Below, in pieces: positions 30,617 to 39,809 of a DNA stretch of 64,000 nucleotides. Origin of the DNA: Desulfatiglandales bacterium (GTDB taxonomy: Bacteria > Desulfobacterota > DSM-4660 > Desulfatiglandales > HGW-15). The stretch is taken from contig CAXXJJ010000001.1 of assembly GCA_963667015.2 (NCBI GenBank), positions 1,056,001 to 1,120,000 on the forward strand, read 5' to 3'. Every line of letters begins with the position of its first letter. Positions within the stretch are counted from its first letter, which is position 1. The notes beneath the pieces were generated by a model. The model saw only the letters and a program-made list of their open reading frames with translations, was not told the origin of the DNA and searched no databases. The position numbers were made by a program, and so were the translations under genes.

Positions 30617-31984
30617 TTAATATTGATTCATGGGTGGAACCCTTGCATTCCTTTGTTTTACTATCTCATCGAGAGGTACAGTATCGCCGTTTAAAAACAG
30701 CTTCCCGTCCTTTGTTTCGATTTTATTAACAAGGTAATCCCCTTCCTTTACAAAAAGACCGGTCTTCATCTGCGGAAAAGCAGGCTGGACAAGCTGCGGC
30801 TTATCACTGGCAAGCCCGGCAGGCAGGCTGATATCGGTTTTTATATAAAACACATCGAGCAGGGACTGAGGTTCATTAATGAGTGGTAAAAACTGTGCAA
30901 AGGTCATATCCTTTAAGAGCTTCAAGGTGAAAGCACCGTTGATCTCTCCCTGCGGCAGTTTTATATGTCCATCAGAAAGCTGGAGTTCAAGGTCCTTTTT
31001 CAGAAGCTTTTCATAGGCAGCCGTCAACTTTAAACTTATCTGTGCCATTTCTCTCTTCATTTGATCGTTATTAGTTGAGTAGGGATCTTTAAAATTAATC
31101 TTTGACATCATACTGGATGTCGCTTTCATATACTGGTCTTTGAATTCTTCCAGCGCATCCAGTTTTATTCCATCTACAACGATATGAAGGGATGCTTCAT
31201 CTGCCTTAAAGTCCTTTGCCCTGATGCTGTTAAAGCTGTAGAGCTGTTCAGTTCTCAGTGAATTTGCATCCCTGTCTATATTTGAAAGGGAATGCATTTT
31301 AATATCGGAAATCTCAAAATCGGTGTTGTTTTCTTTAACTTTAAAGCCTTTGAAATTAACATCAGCTTCTCCAATCCAGGTTGAACCGGATGCCAGGCTC
31401 ATATCTCCATTTAAGGATATTTCACCTAAAGATGCCTTTGGGCCTACATCAAAACCCTTCCAGATTCCGGAAAATTTTATATTGTTCATTTTTCTGCTGG
31501 CAGATACGTTTACTTTACCATCCAATACGTGAAGATTATCATCTTTCAGAGTGATTGAAAAATTATCCAGCGTTATGGTTGATTCTACTCTTCCCAGAAT
31601 GTTGTAGTAAGATTCAATATGAAGCGGGTCCCTGCCACCGAGTTTATCATTTACAAAAGAACTGTAACCGGGATTCTCTTTAAGGTCAACCGTTGAAACA
31701 ACCCCCATTAAACCATGCTTTGCATGCTCCCTGATGATTACTGTATCAATCCCATACATTTTTTTTGCCGCGCCCAAATCCAGTTTCAATTCGATATCGG
31801 TGTGGGAATAACCACGGTCATACCTGGTAATCTCAATGGAATATCCAATGGGATTATTTACCTGCATGGCATTAGCGTTCTCGACAGCCTGCTTAAATAC
31901 GCGTTCCATAAGTATGCCGTTTACAAATGGTAAACCGGCTGCAATAAGGACAATTAATACAATAACCGCTAATAGTTTTTTCAT
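30617..31984 (-). CDS. YdgA/DUF945-family protein
   Basis: N-terminal anchor; YDRGYSHT…EHAKHG; C-terminal IETKDGKLFLNGDTVPL. Confidence 0.75.
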   Translation of the reverse strand: MKKLLAVIVLIVLIAAGLPFVNGILMERVFKQAVENANAMQVNNPIGYSIEITRYDRGYSHTDIELKLDLGAAKKMYGIDTVIIREHAKHGLMGVVSTVDLKENPGYSSFVNDKLGGRDPLHIESYYNILGRVESTITLDNFSITLKDDNLHVLDGKVNVSASRKMNNIKFSGIWKGFDVGPKASLGEISLNGDMSLASGSTWIGEADVNFKGFKVKENNTDFEISDIKMHSLSNIDRDANSLRTEQLYSFNSIRAKDFKADEASLHIVVDGIKLDALEEFKDQYMKATSSMMSKINFKDPYSTNNDQMKREMAQISLKLTAAYEKLLKKDLELQLSDGHIKLPQGEINGAFTLKLLKDMTFAQFLPLINEPQSLLDVFYIKTDISLPAGLASDKPQLVQPAFPQMKTGLFVKEGDYLVNKIETKDGKLFLNGDTVPLDEIVKQRNARVPPMNQY

Positions 31985-32600
31985 AATATGTTATCCTCCA
32001 CTGATATTAAAAAATATTGATAGTCTAATTCTGGAATAATATTCGTTCCGGCTTAAGGGTAGCTGTTGATGCCATTAAATACCCAAAATATCTATTTGCC
32101 TGGAATGTATTCTCGTGTGATATATGTTTTTTAATGAGGGTCTTTGACATTATTTCCAAAGAAAGCCCAATGTCAAGATTTTCTCTGATTCTCCCGTGCA
32201 TTTTTACCGGATAAGTACGTAAATGAGGATGCTATAAATTTATAGTTGTTGAGTCTGATAGTTACGCTCTAGAACTTGTAAGGTGTATATATTGAAATCC
32301 ATTAATGCCAGGATTGGTAGATAGTCTTCAGAAATACAAATGAGTTACACATAAAATTTATCTTTCAAATACAAATAATGATGGAATCCAATAAAATATA
32401 CAAAAAGCGAATAAAAAATCCGGTTGATAAAATAGGGGAGAGTGAGGAGAGTCCCCCTTATCACAAATATTGACTCGGAAGAGTATTAAGACTATTATTT
32501 TTAAAATTAATCAGGAAGAACCTAATCGTAAATATGAAATCATTATATGATTAAAGATAGTTAACTGTTTTAAAGCTTCAATGAAAATAGGAATATCATC

Positions 32601-34718
32601 ATGAAAGTTAATTGGAGCAAAAATCATCATTTCCTTTTTATTTTATGTCTGTTTATTATCTTTTTTATCACCCAATATTTAGTATCCCCAATTGCACGAG
32701 CTGATGGCAGGGTTGTAAAGGTTGGGGTTTATGAAAATTCGCCGAAGGTCTTTATCTCCCAGTCCGGTAAGCCCTCGGGCATATTCATTGACATTATAGA
32801 ATATATTGCCGGAAGCGAAGGATGGAGCCTTCAGTACGTGCCAGGCACCTGGGGTGAAGGGCTGGACAGACTAGAAAAAGGAGAAATAGATCTCATGCCC
32901 GATGTTGTATATACCTCGGACAGAGAGAAAATATTCTCATTTCATAAGGTGCCTGTTCTATCCTCCTGGTTTCAGGTGTATGCCCGCAAAGGCAGCGGAA
33001 TAAAATCGATTTTAGATCTCAATGGAAAACGAATAGTTGTTCTGGAGCGTTCGGTTCAACAGGATGCTTTTACAAAATTGGCCGAAAGCTTTGAGTTGAA
33101 AAGCACAATCATTCCATTGCCCGATTACCAGACTATTTTTGACAGGGTTGCAAAGGGTGAAGCCGATGCAGCCATTACCAACCGTTTTCACGGGCTTACA
33201 CATGTAAAAAAGTACGGGTTGGAGGATACCGCAATAATCTTCTACCCGTCCGAGCTTTATTTTGCAGCCCCAAAAGGCAACCGTGAAAAACTGCTGGTCA
33301 CTCTTGATTCTAATCTCACAAGCCTTAAGAAAAATCCTAAGTCTATATATTATGAGTCATTAAAGAGATGGACGTCGGAAGATATTCAGTTTGAATTGCC
33401 CATATGGGTAAAAACTCTGGGTCTGATCACTGGTATTATTCTTATTATGAGCCTTGCAGGGAGCCTCTTTTTAAAGCACCAGGTAAACAGGCGTACCCGG
33501 GAAATAAATGAAATGAATGAGGTGCTGCGTGCGAGTGAGAAAAAATACCGGGAACTTGTGATGAATGCCAATAGTATTATCCTGCGCTGGACATTCGATG
33601 GACAAATCACTTTCCTTAATGAATTTGGGCAAAGGTTTTTTGGCTATACTGAAAAAGAGATTCTTGGACAGCATGTAATCGGAACAATAGTCTCGGAGAA
33701 GGAAAGCACAGGCCGGGATTTGCGTCCATTAATGGAAGAGATCTTGGCCGATCCGAAAAGGTTTGAGCGAAATATCAATGAGAATATGCGCCGAAATGGT
33801 GAACGGGTCTGGATAGACTGGACAAACAGGGTGATTCTTGATGAACAGAATCAGATAAAAGAAATTTTAAGCATCGGATCGGACATAACCGACCGCAAGC
33901 AGGCAGAGGAACTGATCCACCAGCTTCATGCTGACCTGAAACGCCATGCTGAGAATCTTGAAAGGCGTGTGGAGGAGCGTACGAAAGAGTTAGTGATTGC
34001 CAAAGAGCAGGCAGAATCAGCAGATCATCTTAAATCTGCTTTTCTGGCTACTATGTCTCATGAACTTCGTACGCCTTTGAACTCAATCATCGGCTTTACA
34101 GGCATCCTGCTTAAAGAAATGGCCGGGCCTCTCAATCAGGAGCAGCATAAACAATTGAACATGGTTCAAAACAGTTCTCACCATCTCCTGGCCTTAATTA
34201 ACGATGTGCTTGATATTTCCAAAATCGAAGCAGGGCAACTTAATTTATATTTATCGTCCTTTGAATTAAGGCAATCGATAGAAGGGATGGCAAGTCTGGT
34301 TTATCCGATGGCCGAAAAAAAGGGACTGGATTTAAAGGTTGAAATCGCGAATGATGTTGAAAAAGTGGTAACCGATCAGCGCCGCCTGGAACAGGTTATA
34401 CTGAATCTTTTAAACAATGCGATAAAGTTCACTGAAGAAGGATATATACGCATCTTTTGCGAACGTAAAAATAGTCAGTACATTCTTTCAGTCACAGATA
34501 CCGGCATAGGCATTCGAGAAGAAGAATTTCCCAGACTTTTTCAGCCATTCCATCAGATCGATACCGGGCTCGCGCGCAAACACGAGGGTACAGGCCTCGG
34601 CCTCTCCATATGTAGAAAACTCATAAATATGATGGGGGGCTCTATTGATGTTAACAGTCAATGGGGACAGGGAAGCACCTTCACAATTCAATTCCCGGTA
34701 GAGACAGTAGGTTCGTAA
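32601..34718 (+). CDS. sensor histidine kinase (periplasmic substrate-binding domain, PAS, HisKA, HATPase)
   Basis: VKVGVYENSP…GEIDL, TM segment, PAS, FLATMSHELRTPLNSIIG, NLLNNAIKFT, DTGIG, GTGLGL. Confidence 0.93.
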   Translation: MKVNWSKNHHFLFILCLFIIFFITQYLVSPIARADGRVVKVGVYENSPKVFISQSGKPSGIFIDIIEYIAGSEGWSLQYVPGTWGEGLDRLEKGEIDLMPDVVYTSDREKIFSFHKVPVLSSWFQVYARKGSGIKSILDLNGKRIVVLERSVQQDAFTKLAESFELKSTIIPLPDYQTIFDRVAKGEADAAITNRFHGLTHVKKYGLEDTAIIFYPSELYFAAPKGNREKLLVTLDSNLTSLKKNPKSIYYESLKRWTSEDIQFELPIWVKTLGLITGIILIMSLAGSLFLKHQVNRRTREINEMNEVLRASEKKYRELVMNANSIILRWTFDGQITFLNEFGQRFFGYTEKEILGQHVIGTIVSEKESTGRDLRPLMEEILADPKRFERNINENMRRNGERVWIDWTNRVILDEQNQIKEILSIGSDITDRKQAEELIHQLHADLKRHAENLERRVEERTKELVIAKEQAESADHLKSAFLATMSHELRTPLNSIIGFTGILLKEMAGPLNQEQHKQLNMVQNSSHHLLALINDVLDISKIEAGQLNLYLSSFELRQSIEGMASLVYPMAEKKGLDLKVEIANDVEKVVTDQRRLEQVILNLLNNAIKFTEEGYIRIFCERKNSQYILSVTDTGIGIREEEFPRLFQPFHQIDTGLARKHEGTGLGLSICRKLINMMGGSIDVNSQWGQGSTFTIQFPVETVGS

Positions 34719-34987
34719 CTATGAAAGTACTTATTGGAAACTAACCAGGCCTTGCTGCTGCTTCCACTTCTATATTATTAACTGCTTGAAATATGCCGGA
34801 AAGAGGAGTATCAGATTAGTATTGAAGAATCATGCCTTAGCTCTAAATCAATAAATCGCAGAATAAAGATTAATACACGTTTTCTCCAGCGTTAAAGAAT
34901 AACTCATATATTTAAAGGGCTGTGATGGGCTTGGGCTGTTTTTATAATACATAAACAGATTTATCTACATTCATCAGGAGGATTCAA

Positions 34988-37900
34988 ATGTCGAAGGGTA
35001 AATGTAAAAATCCATCCTATGTTTTTGAGTACTTCAGAGACATGGTAAAAAAAGAGTCTGCCGGCAAAGGCCTGAAACCCCCTCGCGGGTTGTGGATTTA
35101 TCTGTTTGCATTCCTGCCTCACATGTTGGATTTCCGTGTACGTTTATGGGACTTCTGGCGTAATCGAAGCTATGGAGGAAGGCTGGAAGGGATATTGATA
35201 AAAGGTCATTCCCCTGTCGCCATATTGCTTCCGATCGGTCTGCTCTATTTTATATTCTTTGGCCCTTCAGGAGGCCACTGGAACGGAGCTGTTTTAAAGC
35301 TGATATTTCCCATCTGGCTCCTGATCGCTTTTGCAGTTTTAGGTTTTCATATGGCTGTTAATAAGATTAAGAGCAGGAAAAGCGACAGAGAGATGTCCCG
35401 TCACATGGATACCTTCGACGTTTTTCGTGTACTGATATGGAGTTTTGTTGCCGCCATTTTAATTGCAGGTTTTTCAAGGGGGTATCTTGCCCATATCGGA
35501 TTTTTGATATTCACAGTTGTGCTCTGGGCTGTTTTTGCGTTTGGGAGTTATGCGGACGATAAGAAAAGGAAAATACAGGCTGATGAAAGGTGCCATATTA
35601 TCCGCCGGCTTCCATGGGTGAGCGGCCTTTTTTTAGCAGCGGGCCTTGTTCTTTTTTATCAGTATTTACTGCCGATGGAAAATGAAGAAGGAACAAGCCT
35701 TTTCTGGCTCAGGCTCTATGTTTGCATTATTGCGGCAATTTTTCTTGTTTATTCGTTTATGTACATGCGTGTGAATAAAGGTAAACAGTGTTATGGAAGT
35801 CTGTCATTATGGGCCCAGCTTGGTACTCTTACAGCCGCAGGGGTCCTGGTCTGGCTAACAGGAGGGCTGAAGGAGATTGATAATGATATATACCGGCATG
35901 TGCTGATTCCATTAACCGCAGTGATATTGGTGGTTCCGTTGACTATTGCCAGCTTGATCGCAAGGACCATTTTCAGATGGCGGATAAGTTTAATCGGGGG
36001 CAGGTTCCGGCGACTAATCGAACTGGTAGAGGTTTTCGGAAGCCCAAAACGACCGCCCCTTAATCCGAATAAAATATTTCGAAGTTTTCTGGTCACTCTC
36101 AGGCATGTTCTGATGCTCCTGTTTCCTGCAGCTTTAATTATCCTGCTGATGCCCTATTATCTGCGGGATGCCCTTAAAATGATAGGCGGAATTACACTGT
36201 TAATCACATTCATTTTCATTGCCTTTTCGAAAATTCATGATCGCCTGGGGCACTTGATTTCACTATATCGGGGCATGTTTTTTCATGGAGTGCAGGTAAT
36301 AGTATCCATTTTAGTGATTATTCTGGGCATTACACGCCTTATCGATATAGGGTATGTCTCTTATATTGTCGAGGCCTCTCCATTAACCCTGCTGACCTAT
36401 ATACTTGTTACATATCTATTACTCTGGCTCTTTGAATACTGGATCAACCGAATATTTGATGAAGAGCTGCTTTCACTTTTTGATAGCAATAAAAGGGCCT
36501 GCGGCAGGGTTGATTTTAAATATGACAATGAAGACGAATACCGCGAAGGTGTTCGTGTCAGTGTTAGAGCGGATAACAGAAGAATCCAATTGCACGGTAA
36601 CGGCCGGCTGGTTGCAGTGGGAGACCGCCAGTGGTTCAGATATAATCCTGCTATTAACCCATATACCGATGAATTTAAAAATCTGCAGAAGCTTTGCAGT
36701 CTGGGTGAGGAAAAAGAAAAGGAACTGTTTAATTCTATCGAGAAGTTATACGGAGTCAAAGATTTAAAGGAGAAGGAAAGGATAAAGCGCGAGATACAAA
36801 AAAAGAATTATGACGACTGCAAACAGCGAAATGGAGTACGCTTTCAATTCTACAACAGATTTGATTTGTTAGACTGCCTGGTCGAAAATGCGATTCAGCA
36901 GGATTTTAATTTTGAAGAAAGTTCCTCAAAGCAAGGCAGGGAAACAGGCAATATATCAATAAGCAAAGGTCTGTCCGAGATCAGGAACGATCTTCGCTGG
37001 CATGTACAGGATCTTCGCAAACAGTATGTCAGCTACTACGCAATGCTGACAATGATATTGGTCTTTGGAGTTTTATCCCAGATTTTTGCATTGAGCACCA
37101 TTGTTGACCCAGCCGCGTTGGTATTTTCTCCACCTGTTGAAGCCGGACTTGTGAATACCGCGTCAGAACCGGGGCAGATAAAAAATCTTTTTAATTTACG
37201 GGATCACCTATTTATAAAATCAGGCAACAGACCGGAGGGGACTTATGATGACCCTGAAATTCGGATTTCCGCAAAATCCGATCCGGTCATTCTTATTGCG
37301 GCTTCAGGGGGAGGTACCCGCGCTGCGTTGTATGCGACTTCTTTGCTTCAGGGGCTTGCAGAACTGGATCTGCTGGACAATGTCAAACTGGTAAGCGGCG
37401 TTTCAGGCGGGGGCGCTGCACTGGCCTACTTTTACGGACATCGTAATCAGCTTCTTAAAAGCAGCCGGGGGCAACCCTGGGCGGATTTTTATAATGCCGT
37501 AAGCAAGGATTATATTGTTCGTTGTTTACAGGGCTCCGGTGAGCGCAGGATAGCCGGAGGTGTTCGCCTTGGAAGCATTCTGGACGAAGGTTTTCAGGAT
37601 CATTTTTTCAATGGAAAAGCTTCTGCCATAGGCGGCAATGAGATAGGCATATTGTTTAACACCACAGTCGCAGGAGAAGTCCATGTCCCGAAGTCCCAAA
37701 GCGGAGATGTTGCTCTATGGGCTCAAAACAATCCGGAACAGGCCAGGTCATGGGCAGCAGGAACCAGATTAATTATTTCGAACGTGCTGGAGGCCGCGGA
37801 GCTCAAGAATGACATTAATCATGTCTCCCGTGATGGATTGCGGTATACAACAATCGTTCGTCCTGACGTGTCACTGGCTACATCGGCTGCCCTTAATGCT

Positions 37901-38728
37901 AATTTCCCGCCGGTTTTTTCAAATGCTGCGGTTGATATCGGGAGAAGCAGATATTGGGTTACAGATGGAGGCGCTATGGACAACCGGGGTTTGATAACTC
38001 TTCTTTACGTTCTTAGAGAGGCCTTAAACATTGACGGGAAGAAACAGGCTGGGCAGATGGAAACGCTCTCCGGAAAAGGTCAGGCAATTTCTGATGAAAA
38101 TAGGGATGAAGGCAATACCAATGGAGACGGTCATTTTAACTTTCCGGATATACATATTATAGTTGCAGACGCATCGGCAACAACATTCGACTATTCACCA
38201 AAACGCGGGTTTGGCGCTATTTCCGGTTCATCGACTAAACTCGCAACCGGACTTATCGATGAACTGGAAAAAGAGGTAGTCAGTATTTATTCTAAAATCT
38301 CTTCTGCAAACAGGATTTATATTCATAAACTTTATATGCCATTAACCATGAGGGCCAGAGGGGGGCTCGGTACCCATTGGATGATGCCCCTGATGGCACA
38401 GTTTAAAAGCTGTAAAAAAGAAAATAAAAAGGAAGAGGACGCAGTCAGGCTCACCCGTAATCAAATCATACGCGCCATTGCCGGTCTGCATCAGAGGGAC
38501 AATGAGGATAATATAGGCAAACTAGTCATGCAGGACCCCTGGATAGTACGCATGATGGGAAATGATCAAAATCTGGAGAAGTTAAAAGAGTGGTATATTA
38601 ATGACGCTGCTTATTTAAGGGGTTATAGCCTTCAGGGTGAAAGGATTGATGGGAAGGATAATGACGAATATGTGACTGATCACGACAAGGCGTGGGAAAA
38701 ATTTATTGATAGTATTGGCAAAAAATAG
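34988..38728 (+). CDS. large polytopic membrane protein with a C-terminal patatin/cPLA2-like phospholipase domain
   Basis: About a dozen or more hydrophobic segments in the N-terminal half; ASGGGTRAA, SGVSGG (nucleophile Ser) and TDGGAMDN (catalytic Asp). Confidence 0.8.
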   Translation: MSKGKCKNPSYVFEYFRDMVKKESAGKGLKPPRGLWIYLFAFLPHMLDFRVRLWDFWRNRSYGGRLEGILIKGHSPVAILLPIGLLYFIFFGPSGGHWNGAVLKLIFPIWLLIAFAVLGFHMAVNKIKSRKSDREMSRHMDTFDVFRVLIWSFVAAILIAGFSRGYLAHIGFLIFTVVLWAVFAFGSYADDKKRKIQADERCHIIRRLPWVSGLFLAAGLVLFYQYLLPMENEEGTSLFWLRLYVCIIAAIFLVYSFMYMRVNKGKQCYGSLSLWAQLGTLTAAGVLVWLTGGLKEIDNDIYRHVLIPLTAVILVVPLTIASLIARTIFRWRISLIGGRFRRLIELVEVFGSPKRPPLNPNKIFRSFLVTLRHVLMLLFPAALIILLMPYYLRDALKMIGGITLLITFIFIAFSKIHDRLGHLISLYRGMFFHGVQVIVSILVIILGITRLIDIGYVSYIVEASPLTLLTYILVTYLLLWLFEYWINRIFDEELLSLFDSNKRACGRVDFKYDNEDEYREGVRVSVRADNRRIQLHGNGRLVAVGDRQWFRYNPAINPYTDEFKNLQKLCSLGEEKEKELFNSIEKLYGVKDLKEKERIKREIQKKNYDDCKQRNGVRFQFYNRFDLLDCLVENAIQQDFNFEESSSKQGRETGNISISKGLSEIRNDLRWHVQDLRKQYVSYYAMLTMILVFGVLSQIFALSTIVDPAALVFSPPVEAGLVNTASEPGQIKNLFNLRDHLFIKSGNRPEGTYDDPEIRISAKSDPVILIAASGGGTRAALYATSLLQGLAELDLLDNVKLVSGVSGGGAALAYFYGHRNQLLKSSRGQPWADFYNAVSKDYIVRCLQGSGERRIAGGVRLGSILDEGFQDHFFNGKASAIGGNEIGILFNTTVAGEVHVPKSQSGDVALWAQNNPEQARSWAAGTRLIISNVLEAAELKNDINHVSRDGLRYTTIVRPDVSLATSAALNANFPPVFSNAAVDIGRSRYWVTDGGAMDNRGLITLLYVLREALNIDGKKQAGQMETLSGKGQAISDENRDEGNTNGDGHFNFPDIHIIVADASATTFDYSPKRGFGAISGSSTKLATGLIDELEKEVVSIYSKISSANRIYIHKLYMPLTMRARGGLGTHWMMPLMAQFKSCKKENKKEEDAVRLTRNQIIRAIAGLHQRDNEDNIGKLVMQDPWIVRMMGNDQNLEKLKEWYINDAAYLRGYSLQGERIDGKDNDEYVTDHDKAWEKFIDSIGKK

Positions 38729-38812
38729 TGTCACAGGGGCGCTCCCGATCAAAGAGCCGTCGCTTGTCCCGCTTTTTAGCTGGACTGAGCGCTCCTTTCA
38801 ACAAAAATCATT

Positions 38813-39809
38813 CTATAACGCCCATTTGATAATCGATGAGCCCCATGTAAAACCGGCACCAAAGGCAACCAGAAGTATATTATCACCCTTTTTTAATTTT
38901 CCTGCCCGGTTTGCCTCATCCAGGGCAATGGGTATGGATGCGGAGGATGTGTTCCCGTATTTCTGCACATTGGTATAGACCCGCTCCATGGGGATTTCCA
39001 GGCTTTTTGCGGTCGCACTGATGATTCGGAGGTTTGCCTGATGCGGTATTAACAGGGCGATGTCTTCATCCGAAAGGTTGTTGTACTCCAGCGCCTCCCT
39101 TGAGATTGAGGCCAGACAGTTGACGGCAATCTTAAAGACCCTGTTCCCTTCCATAATCATGTGAAAGGGTTTCTGGTCAATGCCTTCCAGGATTTCCGGG
39201 ACATAGTGGTTCCCATAGGAGGTATGTAAAAGGTCCCAGAATGTGCCGTCCGAGCGGATATGAGTGGATAGTATTCCCTCATCCTTTTCTGTAGCATCCA
39301 TCACGACTGCGCCTGCTCCGTCACCCAGGAGGACACATGTGCCCCTGTCTTTCCAGTTTAATATTGTCGAAAGCCTCTCCACCCCTACTACCAGGGCCTT
39401 TTTAAGTGCCCCGCATTTTATTGCGTTGTCTACAATAGAAAGCCCGTAAATAAACCCGGAACAGCCGGCCGAGATATCAAATGCGGCGGCATTTTTAGCG
39501 CCCAGTTCTTTCTGTATCATGCATGAAGCCGCAGGAAATTGCCTGTCGGGTGTTACAGTGGCAACTACAATCATGTCAATCTCTTCCGGGGCAACTCCCG
39601 CCATATCCATGGCCTTTAATGATGCCTTCGCAGCAAGGGCGGTTGTGGTCTCCCCCTTATCTTTCATGGAGATGCGACGCTCCTCGATGCCGGTTCTTTT
39701 TCTTATCCATTCATCGGATGTTTCTACAATGCTTTCAATTTCCGTATTAGTTAATATCTTCTCCGGTACTGCCTGAACCGGTTCCGATTATTTTCGATCT
39801 TATTTTCAT
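38813..39809 (-). pseudogene. fabH: beta-ketoacyl-ACP synthase III with a +1 frameshift near 39773 (pseudogene or sequencing error)
   Basis: MKIRSKIIGTGS in one frame, then AVPEKILTNTEIESIVETSDEWIRKRTGIEERR in the next; catalytic AGCSGF, PHQAN and GNTSSAS intact. Confidence 0.88.

Noticed and set aside
34988..38728. Patatin as a CBASS/Pycsar effector
   Set aside because: No CD-NTase or adjacent Pycsar-type cyclase; the two class III cyclases are distant and have signalling architectures.
38783..38796. ctgagcgc match to the tRNA-Arg 3' end as a possible attR
   Set aside because: Only 8 nt; it is part of a local hairpin between convergent genes, and no integrase is present.
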